Notes: generated by a model not told the origin, from the sequence alone. DNA of 64,000 nucleotides from Candidatus Bathyarchaeota archaeon (GCA_963833575.1 CAWHXY010000004.1:608001-672000), one strand, 5' to 3'. Numbered from the stretch's first letter, positions 48,806-58,384 are shown. Translations and numbers: made by a program.

Positions 48806-49270
48806 TTAGATTTCCTCGATAGTGACATAAGAACGTGTATCTTCAATCCCATCTATGTTGTAGAGTTTTTTTAGAACGTCATCAAGATTGTCACGTTCAA
48901 CAATAATTAAAGCATCTACTTCGCCAGCGATACGGAAAGCCCTCGAAACAGCGAGCTCGCGAATCTGATCGTAAACATGAATTCTTTTGATTGGCGCGAC
49001 TTTGAGAAGGATAAATGCTGGTGTAGTTGAAACACCAAGAGCACTCAAGCCCTTATCAGTGACATCAATAAAACCTCTACCAGTTCGGATGTATCCACGG
49101 TTTTTGAGTTTGCGCAAATGAACGTTTAACGCTTGTCTACTTACTCCTAATTGGCTTGATAACTCGTCTTGTTTAACTCTCAGGGTGTAGGTGTTTGTTG
49201 ATTTTCCCTTCTCATAAAGTGTTTTTAAGAGTTGTATTGAACGTTTAGTTAATGGTTCCAAATTGGTCAC
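48806..49270 (-). CDS. Lrp/AsnC-like transcriptional regulator
   Basis: N-terminal HTH (QDELSSQLGVSRQAL); C-terminal AsnC-type domain (IAGEVD...IDGIEDT). Confidence 0.8.
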   Translation of the reverse strand: MTNLEPLTKRSIQLLKTLYEKGKSTNTYTLRVKQDELSSQLGVSRQALNVHLRKLKNRGYIRTGRGFIDVTDKGLSALGVSTTPAFILLKVAPIKRIHVYDQIRELAVSRAFRIAGEVDALIIVERDNLDDVLKKLYNIDGIEDTRSYVTIEEI

Positions 49271-49522
49271 TTTTGTTGTGTTTTGTTAACTTAAACCTTT
49301 ACAATAGTGAGGGTTGCTTAATAATTTGATGCTGAGTAGTTTTAAGAATAATAATCTGAAATAAAATTCAGTATTCTGTAACCAAAAAATATTTTAGGGA
49401 ACTATTTTTGAGCGAGTTGCAAATGTTCAGTCAGAACGTTAAGGTTATACCACAATGTATTTATTTTTAAAAAAATCTTTACTGAAGCCACTTAAAAAGT
49501 AAACTAGGAGTGAAGCGAAGGC

Positions 49523-49813
49523 GTGACGGAAGGCAATGCAGTCTTAATCGGCAAAAAACCGATAATGAACTATGTCCTCGCCTGCATAACTTTCTTTCAT
49601 GGCGGAGCAAAAGAAGTAAGCATAAAAGCACGCGGCAGATCAATAAGTCGAGCAATAGATGTGGCCGAAGTTGTCAGACACAGATTCCTTCCTGATGCAA
49701 AAATCAAAAGCATCAGCATCGGAACAGATCAGTTTCAGCCTCAAGAAGAAGGGGACGCAACAACTAACGTAAGCACAATAGAAATAACATTGACAAGGCA
49801 AACCACGAAGTAG
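49523..49813 (+). CDS. albA: DNA/RNA-binding protein Alba
   Basis: [33 protein letters not shown]. Confidence 0.96.
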   Translation: MTEGNAVLIGKKPIMNYVLACITFFHGGAKEVSIKARGRSISRAIDVAEVVRHRFLPDAKIKSISIGTDQFQPQEEGDATTNVSTIEITLTRQTTK

Positions 49814-49850
49814 CTGAACTCCAAGCTTTGCAGGAAAAACGACCAACAAA

Positions 49851-50360
49851 ATGAAAACGGAACTATGCAGTTTCTGCTTAAAAAGTGGCATTCTATGCCA
49901 AAAATGTTCATCTAAAGTTAAGTCTGGCGAAATCAGTGATTTAGACTTAAAAATAGCCCGTTTAATGCTTTCGCTGGAAGAGAAATATCCTTCCCTGCAA
50001 AACGTCTGCTTTTACAAAGCAGTTGATGTAGAAAAAACCTTAGCCATTATAGTTGGACATGGGGATGTACCGAAACTTTTAGGTTACAGCGGCAAAATAA
50101 TCAAAACCATAGGTGACGAGACAGGCAAGAACGTGAAGGTTTTAGAGAATGGTGTTGATGACCGCAAATTCCTAGAAGACCTATTCATACCCTTCAGTAT
50201 ACTAACAATCAACACTATTTGGCTTCCAGACGGAACTACTGAAACCCGAGTTATCCTTAAGAGGAAACGCGGCGCGCAATTGCCTTTTGACCTTAAGGCT
50301 TTAAAGGAAATCGCCAGTAAAGTGCGTAAAATGTCCTTACGCGTTGAAATTGCAGATTAA
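49851..50360 (+). CDS. NusA-like KH-domain protein with N-terminal Cys cluster
   Basis: CSFCLKSGILCQKC, LLGYSGKIIK (GxxG); sits between alba and aspS. Confidence 0.75.
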   Translation: MKTELCSFCLKSGILCQKCSSKVKSGEISDLDLKIARLMLSLEEKYPSLQNVCFYKAVDVEKTLAIIVGHGDVPKLLGYSGKIIKTIGDETGKNVKVLENGVDDRKFLEDLFIPFSILTINTIWLPDGTTETRVILKRKRGAQLPFDLKALKEIASKVRKMSLRVEIAD

Positions 50361-50376
50361 GGATTAGCGATAAACC

Positions 50377-51696
50377 ATGAACTTGGACTCTTTTGGTGAA
50401 TGGACTAGAACTCACTATACCAATAGCGTAACATCTGAAGTTGACGGTCAAGAAGTCACTCTTTTTGGATGGGTTCAAGAAATCCGCGATTTAGGCGGAA
50501 TCCGCTTCATTATACTTCAGGATCGCGAAGGAACTATTCAAATAACCATTCCTAAAAAAAGAATCGCACCTGAAGTTTTAGCCAAATCGGATTTGCTTCA
50601 GAAAAGATTCAGTCTAGCAGTTAAAGGCAATGTTAAAAAAACTAATATGACGCCAAGAGGCGTAGAAGTAATCCCCAGCGCTATCAAAATCTTAAACACA
50701 GCCATCGAAGCATTGCCGATAGACATCACAGGTAAAACTCCCGCCAATATTGAGGCTCGTTTAGATGCAAGAGCTCTGGATTTGACACAGGATAAAGTGT
50801 TAGCAGCCTTCAAAATACAGCATACAGCTCTTAACGCGATCAGAAACTACCTGTTTGAGAAGGGATTTTTGGAAGTTCACACACCACGCATAATTGCCTC
50901 AGCAACTGAGGGCGGTGCAGAACTTTTCTCAGTTAAATATTTTGACCAAAAAGCGTACCTTGCCCAAAGTCCACAGCTCTACAAAGAAGAATTGACTTTA
51001 AGTTTTGAGAAAGTGTTTGAGGTGGGTCCATTCTTTAGAGCTGAAGAATCTCATACTCGCAGGCACCTTAGCGAGTTCACATCTATAGATATTGAACAGG
51101 CTTTTGCCAATGCCCAAGATGTTATGGCGCTTCTGGAACAAGTCATACACCACGCCTGCGTTACGGTGAGGGAGAAGTGCTCAGCTGAGCTCTCGCTGCT
51201 CAAATATAAATTTGAAGTCCCCGTGATTCCGTTCAAACGTTTAACCTACACCCAAGTTCTCGAAGACCTCAAAGGGCAAGGTGTAACCATTCCATGGGGT
51301 GAAGACATTCCCACAGAAGCCTTCCGAGAACTCGCCAAACTCTACCCATTCTTCTACTTCATAACCGACTGGCCAACCCACGCAAAAGCGTTCTACATTA
51401 AACCATGCGATGACAAACCTGAAGTCTGCGAAGGTTTCGACTTGATGTGGCGATACATTGAACTCGTGTCGGGCGGAACAAGAATTAGCCAAAAAGAACA
51501 GTTAATGCAAAGAATGACAGAAAAGGGACTTAACCCTGAATCCTTCAAATATCACCTACAAGCCTTCGACTACGGCATGCCGCCTCACGCGGGCTGGGCA
51601 ATCGGGCTTGAACGGCTAACAATGATTTTGACCGGAAAAAAGAACATCCGAGAAGTAACGCTTTACCCGCGGGATCGAGTAAGGCTAACCCCTTAG
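50377..51696 (+). CDS. aspS: Aspartyl-tRNA synthetase (archaeal type)
   Basis: OB fold, ATEGGAELF, LAQSPQLYK, FRAE, GMPPHAG.AIGLER. Confidence 0.96.
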   Translation: MNLDSFGEWTRTHYTNSVTSEVDGQEVTLFGWVQEIRDLGGIRFIILQDREGTIQITIPKKRIAPEVLAKSDLLQKRFSLAVKGNVKKTNMTPRGVEVIPSAIKILNTAIEALPIDITGKTPANIEARLDARALDLTQDKVLAAFKIQHTALNAIRNYLFEKGFLEVHTPRIIASATEGGAELFSVKYFDQKAYLAQSPQLYKEELTLSFEKVFEVGPFFRAEESHTRRHLSEFTSIDIEQAFANAQDVMALLEQVIHHACVTVREKCSAELSLLKYKFEVPVIPFKRLTYTQVLEDLKGQGVTIPWGEDIPTEAFRELAKLYPFFYFITDWPTHAKAFYIKPCDDKPEVCEGFDLMWRYIELVSGGTRISQKEQLMQRMTEKGLNPESFKYHLQAFDYGMPPHAGWAIGLERLTMILTGKKNIREVTLYPRDRVRLTP

Positions 51697-52003
51697 ATCA
51701 AGTTCAGCGTCTAGGTTTTTGAAATCCGCACTCCTTAATGTAATTTAAGATTTTGATTTGAAGTTTTTTCTTCAATTTTGGTGCTATTTCATTTTTAAAT
51801 TGGCTTGGAATGGGTTTGGATTGGCGAAAGCTTGATGAAGGCGGCGTTCTGTGGTTTCCTTTCATGTGAACGAAGATGTTTGGCGCTTTCTTCCCTTGGC
51901 CATAAAGCGCAAGAACTGGATCTCTATAGCTGACGCTATCTTGCGAGCAAGCCGAAATAATTTCATCAGCATTAACAGAAGCGCACACTGGAGCACTAAC
52001 AAA

Positions 52004-52681
52004 TTAGTTTATCTGTTGCTTAGAAGTGCCGCCACCAACAGTGATAGTAAAGTTAAATGAATTTTTAGTGTTCATAGCCGCTTGAATATAAAGCATTCTT
52101 TGCTCTATAGTTGGATGGGTATGAGGAATTAATTTAGAAAGCCAACTTGTTTTTTGTGGACTTAGCCTCGCTAGGGCAGATATCATGGCAGCTCCATTAA
52201 CAAACTCGACGGCACTAAGGTCAGATTCAGTTTCTTGTTTTCTAAACCATTTAGCGTTAACATAATACGAACAAAACAAAAACAAAATGAAAGACATAAC
52301 CACTGCCGATGCAGTAAACAGAAATGAGGCAGAGTTAACAAAAAACAGGTAACCTATCACAACAGCAAGCACTGCAGAGGGAAGAACCGTTCGAGGCAAC
52401 CTCTTTGCAACATGCTTTTTTGCTATGTGATTAAATTCGTGGGCACCAATAGCGAGGACCTCATCAAGCGAAAGCATTTGGTAATAATTTGAGTTAAAGA
52501 CGAGCGCGTCAGAGTAGGCTAAGCAAGGGATGGGAAGAATACTCGATTTGTAATAGCGGTGGAACCTATCTTTTTTGAGGATTGAAGTTGCTTTCATACT
52601 CTCTGCTAGCGTGTCAAGTGCTTGCATTTCAAAGGGTTGTGCTCTGAGCAGCCACACCATAATGGAGCTAATCAATCCCAT
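52004..52681 (-). CDS. M48/HtpX-like zinc metallopeptidase
   Basis: AHEFNH, E..SD, HTHPTIEQR, TM segments. Confidence 0.8.
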   Translation of the reverse strand: MGLISSIMVWLLRAQPFEMQALDTLAESMKATSILKKDRFHRYYKSSILPIPCLAYSDALVFNSNYYQMLSLDEVLAIGAHEFNHIAKKHVAKRLPRTVLPSAVLAVVIGYLFFVNSASFLFTASAVVMSFILFLFCSYYVNAKWFRKQETESDLSAVEFVNGAAMISALARLSPQKTSWLSKLIPHTHPTIEQRMLYIQAAMNTKNSFNFTITVGGGTSKQQIN

Positions 52682-52825
52682 TTTCCATCATCCAAACGAT
52701 TGATGGTTACAATATAAGGGTTTGACTTTTAAGAGCGTGCGTGTATTACATGCGCTTGCTCAACAATTAATGATTTCTGCAATTGCGTTATGACTCCTTA
52801 TTGATGTCCGCGGAAGCTTTATCAG

Positions 52826-52859
52826 CAATATCGATTATTCAATATCGATTAATCGATAT
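52826..52859. promoter_or_regulatory. Putative operator: tandem CAATATCGATTA x2 and the perfect 18-bp palindrome ATATCGATTAATCGATAT
   Basis: Visible directly upstream of the flavoprotein-padR operon. Confidence 0.65.
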
Positions 52860-52928
52860 CAACAAGATGATAAAATGAACGAAAAAACTGAACATCCCGA
52901 CTTCCGAAATAATAAAGGGACAAAAAAG

Positions 52929-53525
52929 ATGAAAATCATGGGATTTAGCGCAAGTCCTCACAAAGAAGGCAATACCGCCTGGATAGTAAACAAAATACTC
53001 GAAGGTGCGAAAGAACAGGGCGCCGAAACACAATCATGGTATTTCAGCGATCTTGATATCAAACCGTGCCAGGGCTGCTTAGGCTGCCACAAGGGCGACG
53101 GAGGTTGTATTATCAACGACGACATGCAGAAAATTTATGACGCGATTGAGCATGCCGACGCCATCGTTTTCGGCTCACCAATTTACATGGGTCAGATGAG
53201 TGCCCAGGCCAAGATATTCACCGACAGGTTGTTCGCACAAATCTCTCCGCGGTTCTCTCCGCACTTCAAAGAACGTGCAGTCAAAAGAAAGCTCATTCTT
53301 ACTTTTAGTCAGGGTAATCCTGATTCCAGCATGTTCCAGCAATATATTGATTACACGAAACACATTTTTGAGATGCTGGAATTTGACGTCAAAGTGGTAC
53401 CTGTTGTTGCCGGTACAAGAAATGGACCCGCACATGAAAGAAAAGAACTCGACATTGCTTTGAAGGCTGTCGGTTCATCGTTGGTTTCGGAACTTCAGAA
53501 CGATTCCCGGAATAGTAAGGAGTAA
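52929..53525 (+). CDS. Iron-sulfur flavoprotein / flavodoxin-like FMN reductase
   Basis: SASPHKEGNT, CQGCLGCH....C, GSPIY. Confidence 0.88.
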   Translation: MKIMGFSASPHKEGNTAWIVNKILEGAKEQGAETQSWYFSDLDIKPCQGCLGCHKGDGGCIINDDMQKIYDAIEHADAIVFGSPIYMGQMSAQAKIFTDRLFAQISPRFSPHFKERAVKRKLILTFSQGNPDSSMFQQYIDYTKHIFEMLEFDVKVVPVVAGTRNGPAHERKELDIALKAVGSSLVSELQNDSRNSKE

Positions 53526-53530
53526 AAAAG

Positions 53531-53974
53531 ATGGAGCAACATGGGCATCACCATGGCTATGAGCACCACCGCAGACGTGGTGGCCTTAGAATATGGGTAT
53601 TCTCAATACTTCGACAAGCACCAAAAAACGGCGCTGAAATAATGAACCAAATAGAGTTAGCCAGCCAAGGACATTGGCGACCATCACCAGGCTCAATCTA
53701 CCCTCTGCTAGATGAACTCCAAAAAGGAGCAAGCATCATTAAGCGAGAAGATGGACGATATGAAATTACCGAAAAGGGCAAACAAGAATTCGAATGGCCC
53801 TACAAAATGCACTCACGGCAACCACGCACGGTAGAAGGTACCGTGGAAGAAATGAACAGCTTTCTCGCCTATCTTGAAGACCTAAAACGTATGGATCCCT
53901 CCAAGATCACAACAAACATCGATAAACTCAAAACTGTCAGAGACCGACTAACAGCTCTGGTTGACAAGAGCTAA
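53531..53974 (+). CDS. PadR family transcriptional regulator with His-rich N-terminus
   Basis: WRPSPGSIYPLL, YEITEKG. Confidence 0.9.
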   Translation: MEQHGHHHGYEHHRRRGGLRIWVFSILRQAPKNGAEIMNQIELASQGHWRPSPGSIYPLLDELQKGASIIKREDGRYEITEKGKQEFEWPYKMHSRQPRTVEGTVEEMNSFLAYLEDLKRMDPSKITTNIDKLKTVRDRLTALVDKS

Positions 53975-54110
53975 TTTTGCAAAACACCTTAATTTCAGTT
54001 TCTGAATCAAAGCCGTTGCAGTTTGAGTTTTCAAATGATAAACCTAAAAGTTATAACAAGATTAAAACTTCAATAGCAAAATGAGCCAAAGAACCAATGC
54101 TCCCTTGTCT

Positions 54111-55205
54111 TCAAGACCTGAAATAACTAATTGCCGAAAGTGCTGCGGCCGCTGTCCAGAGCTGCCCTTCGCTGCCTTCAGGAGCGCCAGTCGTTGGATC
54201 GTAATACTCGCCGAAGCCTTTGCGTTTAATCATAATGTTAACTGCGGCTTCAACTTCGTTTTCTGCTTGCAGTTTTCTTAATGCATCAATCACTCTTATC
54301 TCAACAAACGGCCAGATCGCTGAGTTTTGGTATTTGCCAACCCTATTTCTGAGAAATACGCCAAACGGTACTCGACATGTCCTGTACCATGTTGCAAGTG
54401 CCTTCTCTCGGTTGAATACGTAATATGGCATAATGTTTCTGTAGCCGAAAGATGTTTTTGCAACATCAAACCCCTTAAGAATACCTTCTGAAACTTTTTG
54501 AGAAGCTGTTCCATTGAGGATTGCTAAAGCGTTGCCAAGGCAGTCAAAGTGTCGATCTAGCTTTAGCTCATTTCCACTCCAATAAATGCTGTCCGCATAC
54601 CAACCTAAATCTCCACAATAAAAGAGCTTGTTCACGTTTTCCTTAACCAAATTTGACGCCGACAAGTTTCCCTGCAATTCGTACATATCAGCCAACAGCA
54701 TCTGGTTTGCCAAAAGGTACTTACCGATGTAAACTGGCATTGCATCCCTCCAATCCATGCCGGGAATAAATCTATGCGCATCCTGTTTATTCTCGATAAA
54801 GGCAATGCACAATTTCACCGATTCCAAATTTTCATCAAAAAACTCGTCACACCCGACGGATACGAGTTTTTGCATCCCAATGACAAACAAAATTTCTGCA
54901 TCAGTTGAGCAGCGCTGATATCTTTGACGAATCACTTTGCTTACGCTGTAATCGATAACGGTCGGCATCTGTCCGCTACTGCGCTGCAACGCTATAAATT
55001 CTGACAAATGATTTTCAACATCTTTTTGGTATCCAAGTCGTAGAAGGGCATCTTCCGAGTAAACCAGGTCTCTAAGCCAAAGTTGACGATAAAGCTGGGT
55101 GCTGGCGTTGAAGCCTCGGTCTGTTCGGCATGCTTTTATTACTTTCCGAGCCTGTTTCTCCTTTTCCAGAACTTCTTCCGAATCAAAAGCTGTTTGCTTA
55201 GGCAA
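54111..55205 (-). CDS. Six-hairpin glycosidase (amylo-alpha-1,6-glucosidase/invertase-like)
   Basis: LWLRD, DWRD, YQNSAIWPF, EYYDP.TG...GS..QLWTAA. Confidence 0.7.
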   Translation of the reverse strand: MPKQTAFDSEEVLEKEKQARKVIKACRTDRGFNASTQLYRQLWLRDLVYSEDALLRLGYQKDVENHLSEFIALQRSSGQMPTVIDYSVSKVIRQRYQRCSTDAEILFVIGMQKLVSVGCDEFFDENLESVKLCIAFIENKQDAHRFIPGMDWRDAMPVYIGKYLLANQMLLADMYELQGNLSASNLVKENVNKLFYCGDLGWYADSIYWSGNELKLDRHFDCLGNALAILNGTASQKVSEGILKGFDVAKTSFGYRNIMPYYVFNREKALATWYRTCRVPFGVFLRNRVGKYQNSAIWPFVEIRVIDALRKLQAENEVEAAVNIMIKRKGFGEYYDPTTGAPEGSEGQLWTAAAALSAISYFRS

Positions 55206-55329
55206 AGGCTTCCCTCTTTACAAGTTAGTTCTCAAAGAGCCTTTTTCACCTTAAAATTTTTTCCCATAAATAACCCAACAATCAACAGGGGCGCCACCAA
55301 GAGCACAGTTAATGCGCGTGAAATTTAAA

Positions 55330-55356
55330 CGTGGGTTTAGATCTATCTCCCCGCCA
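55330..55356 (+). repeat. Highly decayed tRNA 3'-end-like sequence (copy 1)
   Basis: cgtgggtttagatctatctccccgcca; T-arm-like and ends in CCA 3 nt before the vapC stop. Confidence 0.35.
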
Positions 55357-55359
55357 CGG

Positions 55360-55782
55360 TCATAAAAGTTCGATAGGGTAACCTGTTGGCTTGAGTTTTT
55401 TGTATTGTGTCTCTTCATCTGCTGTAACGCAGATTGTTTTTTTGTTTTCAGCGATGGCGACTGGCAAGGCGTCATAAAACGTTATTCGTCCCTCGTATGC
55501 TATCTCGCCTGTTCTACTTGTGAGGTTTTCGTTCAGGTGAATCACGTTCATACTGAGATTGAATAGTTGAGTAATGGCGGTTTTCCATTTCGCGGCATCG
55601 TAATCTGGTTTAAATCTTAAGGCATTACTAACCTCACAAATTAGAATTTCCGAGATTGCCAACTCAACCGTACCTTGTACGTACGAATCCAAGAATTTTA
55701 GTGCTTCATCCGATTTTGTTTCCGTGCTAAACCATTTGACCACAACTGAAGAATCTAACACTATGTCGCGGCGTCTCGCCAT
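55360..55782 (-). CDS. vapC: VapC PIN-domain toxin
   Basis: VLDSSVVVKW, EVSNAL, TFYDA, VTAD. Confidence 0.9.
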   Translation of the reverse strand: MARRRDIVLDSSVVVKWFSTETKSDEALKFLDSYVQGTVELAISEILICEVSNALRFKPDYDAAKWKTAITQLFNLSMNVIHLNENLTSRTGEIAYEGRITFYDALPVAIAENKKTICVTADEETQYKKLKPTGYPIELL

Positions 55783-55982
55783 TTCCGTATCTCCTTAGCT
55801 CCATCCCATTCAACTTTGCTTTCTAATCGAAGGTTTTTGATTGCCTCAACAGCACACTGCATCTCTTCTCTACGCGCGGCGTCCTCAAACGCTTTTCTTG
55901 CAACATCGCTCCAGTTCACGCTTTTGCAGCGCTTCATACGCTCTTTTAGTTCTTCAGGGACTCTTACTGTAATGTTACTCAT
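55761..55982 (-). CDS. vapB: VapB-type RHH antitoxin
   Basis: MSNITVRVPEELKERM...VNWSDVAR, IRKWRD; overlaps vapC. Confidence 0.85.
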   Translation of the reverse strand: MSNITVRVPEELKERMKRCKSVNWSDVARKAFEDAARREEMQCAVEAIKNLRLESKVEWDGAKEIRKWRDAAT

Positions 55983-56084
55983 GCACATCACATATAGCAC
56001 ATGTTAATTGCACATTAAAGCTGCAAGCACAACATAAAAAACGTTTCCGCTCAAGAGCTACCAAAGGGCAGGATCCACTAGCCT

Positions 56085-56125
56085 CTTAAGTTGGGGTCGA
56101 GGCTTCAAATCTCGCCCAGCATGCC
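56085..56125 (+). repeat. Decayed tRNA 3'-half-like sequence (copy 2)
   Basis: cttaagttggggtcgaggcttcaaatctcgcccagcatgcc; shares GGGTYGAGGCTTCAAATCYCRCCC with copy 3. Confidence 0.55.
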
Positions 56126-56151
56126 TCAGCATTTTCAGTTAACGTTAAAAG

Positions 56152-56553
56152 TTATTTCATTTTGTCTATTGGAATTGCGACCTTGCACTTCTTGAGTAGA
56201 TCTGTGTCTTGTGTTACCAATTTCAGGTTTTGTTTTTCAGCCATGTAGGCATGCGAAGCATCGTAAAACGTTAGATTCCGTTCTATCGCAATTTCCAAAA
56301 CGATAGCGACTGAATCAATCGCCATCTTCTTCAGGGGCGCCATCACCTCAGAAAAAATTGAGACAACCTTTCTGGGATTCTTGAGTTTTCCTTGCTTGTT
56401 CTCCCGCCAAAGCACATTGCCAACTTCGTACTCAGTTAGTGTGCTCACTGCACATTCCTCGACGTTGAAGGGAATACCTGAGATAAGCATAGGATAAAGT
56501 GCTGAGGTATCGATGAGGTATTTACATTTCTTGCCTTGTTGTTCTGACATCAT
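56152..56553 (-). CDS. vapC: VapC PIN-domain toxin
   Basis: YLIDTSAL, YEVGNVLW, LTFYDAS, LVTQD; true start is probably slightly downstream. Confidence 0.9.
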   Translation of the reverse strand: MMSEQQGKKCKYLIDTSALYPMLISGIPFNVEECAVSTLTEYEVGNVLWRENKQGKLKNPRKVVSIFSEVMAPLKKMAIDSVAIVLEIAIERNLTFYDASHAYMAEKQNLKLVTQDTDLLKKCKVAIPIDKMK

Positions 56554-56758
56554 CGATCCACTCTTCAGGTGTAACGTCCATGAGATCTTTGAGTTCTTTT
56601 GCTATTTTTTGCGCATTTTTTTTCTTCTCGGCTACGAGTTCCTCGAGGGTTTTCTCTACCGCCAGTTTTAAGTCGATTCCTAGCTTTTCAGCCTCAAGCT
56701 TCAAACTTTTCTTAACTCTTACAGATAGCACTTCGGTCACAGTTTCACCCGTATACAC
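56522..56758 (-). CDS. vapB: VapB-type antitoxin
   Basis: VLSVRVKKSLK.EAEKLGID, WIDDVRTTR; overlaps vapC; GTG 56740 is an alternative start. Confidence 0.8.
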   Translation of the reverse strand: MYTGETVTEVLSVRVKKSLKLEAEKLGIDLKLAVEKTLEELVAEKKKNAQKIAKELKDLMDVTPEEWIDDVRTTRQEM

Positions 56759-56806
56759 AATAATTAAAATGTATACATGTGATATTTAAAAATAATGTGA
56801 GCATCA

Positions 56807-56853
56807 ACTTTTAAAAATGAGGGTTGAGGCTTCAAATCCCACCCCACCTGCCA
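56807..56853 (+). repeat. Decayed tRNA 3'-half-like sequence (copy 3)
   Basis: acttttaaaaatgagggttgaggcttcaaatcccaccccacctgcca; CTTTTAA loop-like segment, TTCAAATC and terminal CCA. Confidence 0.55.
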
Positions 56854-56938
56854 AGGATAGTTGGCCAAGTAGAAAGTTTTCCGATTTCATTCAATTAAGC
56901 GAGATCAAAAAATTAAGACAGCAACGATTGGTGATGAT

Positions 56939-58384
56939 TTAGCGTTTTGATTTTTCCAGTAACTCGTTTATGTATTGGTTGACTGTTTTGTCCTGAGTTT
57001 TTGCAACTCGTTTTATGGCGTCGTTAATGCCAGTTGAGTATTGCACTGCTTTCTTGGGTTTAGACACAAGTTCATTTGGCATGCCAACGTTTAAAGCGAC
57101 TTTTCGAAGTACTAGTTTTCTTAATGTGTCTTCTTTTTGCTCCATTTTACATTCAAGGGGCAAACTCATAGCAAACTCGGCAAGGTCAAATGATGCAAAA
57201 GGCAAACGTAGTTGCACATCGAAGTAACTTGTGATTTTGAGGTCTCGTTCAAGATTGCTCTCAAAAATGTTAGCTACATCGTTAAACATTGTTTTTCGGA
57301 CTTTTTCGCCGCCGTCTTTGCAATATTCTTTGACATAACGTTGGTAGCCCCCAAACAATTCGTCTGCTCCTTGACCCGCCAACATTACATTGAGACGGGC
57401 TTCAGATGCCTTCTGTGCAACCCAATAAAAAGGTAAACCCACACTGGCTTTAATCGGGTCAGCTTCCTCAATAAGAGCTACAACCTGAGCCAAAGTGTTT
57501 TCAACGTCAGAATCCTTGAACAAATCAACTTGAAGCGGCAAATTCAACAGTTCAGATGCTTTGATTGCTTCTTCGGTTTCAGGCCGGTTTTCAATGCTTA
57601 CGTGGAGAAGCTGAACTTTCAATCCAAGTTTACTGGCTAAATAAGCCACTATGCTACTGTCTAATCCGCCTGAAAATGCTACAGCAACGTCTTTCACGCC
57701 ATGTGTACGCCTTTTGATGGATTCTTCAAGTAGAGCTTGAAGTTTTTTGGCGGCATCTTCCAATGTTATTGCTGTAGGCTCATTGTATGTTAATGTTTTA
57801 ACGGGTTTAAACTGGAATCCATCGCGATTCAAAAAACCGATATTACCAGGCGGAAAAGAAATGGGTTTTTCTAATCCCAGCAGCCATAACGCTTTTCTGT
57901 TTGTAGCGATGGCAGCAACGGTTTTATTTTCACCATAATAAAGCGGTTGAACTCCGACGGGGTCTCTTCCTGCCCCAATCATGCCCTCTTTAGCCATCAG
58001 AAAATCATAATCTCCATCTGAATTAGCTATTAACGTTTGCAGGAGGGCTTCGCAATGGAGCGGTTCCTTTGCAAGTTGTTCCATAACTGCGTTTTTTGGT
58101 ATGGGCGCGTAGATTTTGCCTTCGAACATGAGTGCGGCATCATCTAACTGCAAAAATTCGTAGCCGCTTGATACTGCAGGTTTCGTTGAGACATAACCCA
58201 TGGCTGTGGAAGACTCAATGCCTTGCCTGCTTAGGATGCCCGGGCTTTTTTCGAGAATAATTTTCTCCGGTGAGATTAATCCAAAATGGGATGGCTGTCT
58301 TCCGCTAAGGCTGTTGAGAACATCAAGAACTTGATCAACTACGTTATTTCCCTCTTTATCTAATACCGCAACTGCTGTTTTCAT
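56939..58384 (-). CDS. Asparagine synthetase B-like protein with a degenerate glutaminase domain
   Basis: RDPVGVQPLYYG, FSGGLDSS, GQGADELFGGY, K.VLR...KKAVQY; no N-terminal Cys. Confidence 0.8.
   Translation of the reverse strand: MKTAVAVLDKEGNNVVDQVLDVLNSLSGRQPSHFGLISPEKIILEKSPGILSRQGIESSTAMGYVSTKPAVSSGYEFLQLDDAALMFEGKIYAPIPKNAVMEQLAKEPLHCEALLQTLIANSDGDYDFLMAKEGMIGAGRDPVGVQPLYYGENKTVAAIATNRKALWLLGLEKPISFPPGNIGFLNRDGFQFKPVKTLTYNEPTAITLEDAAKKLQALLEESIKRRTHGVKDVAVAFSGGLDSSIVAYLASKLGLKVQLLHVSIENRPETEEAIKASELLNLPLQVDLFKDSDVENTLAQVVALIEEADPIKASVGLPFYWVAQKASEARLNVMLAGQGADELFGGYQRYVKEYCKDGGEKVRKTMFNDVANIFESNLERDLKITSYFDVQLRLPFASFDLAEFAMSLPLECKMEQKEDTLRKLVLRKVALNVGMPNELVSKPKKAVQYSTGINDAIKRVAKTQDKTVNQYINELLEKSKR

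Noticed and set aside
51704-52060. Overlapping 94-aa (-) and 69-aa (+) ORFs after aspS
   Set aside because: No recognisable motifs or RBS; coding status cannot be supported.
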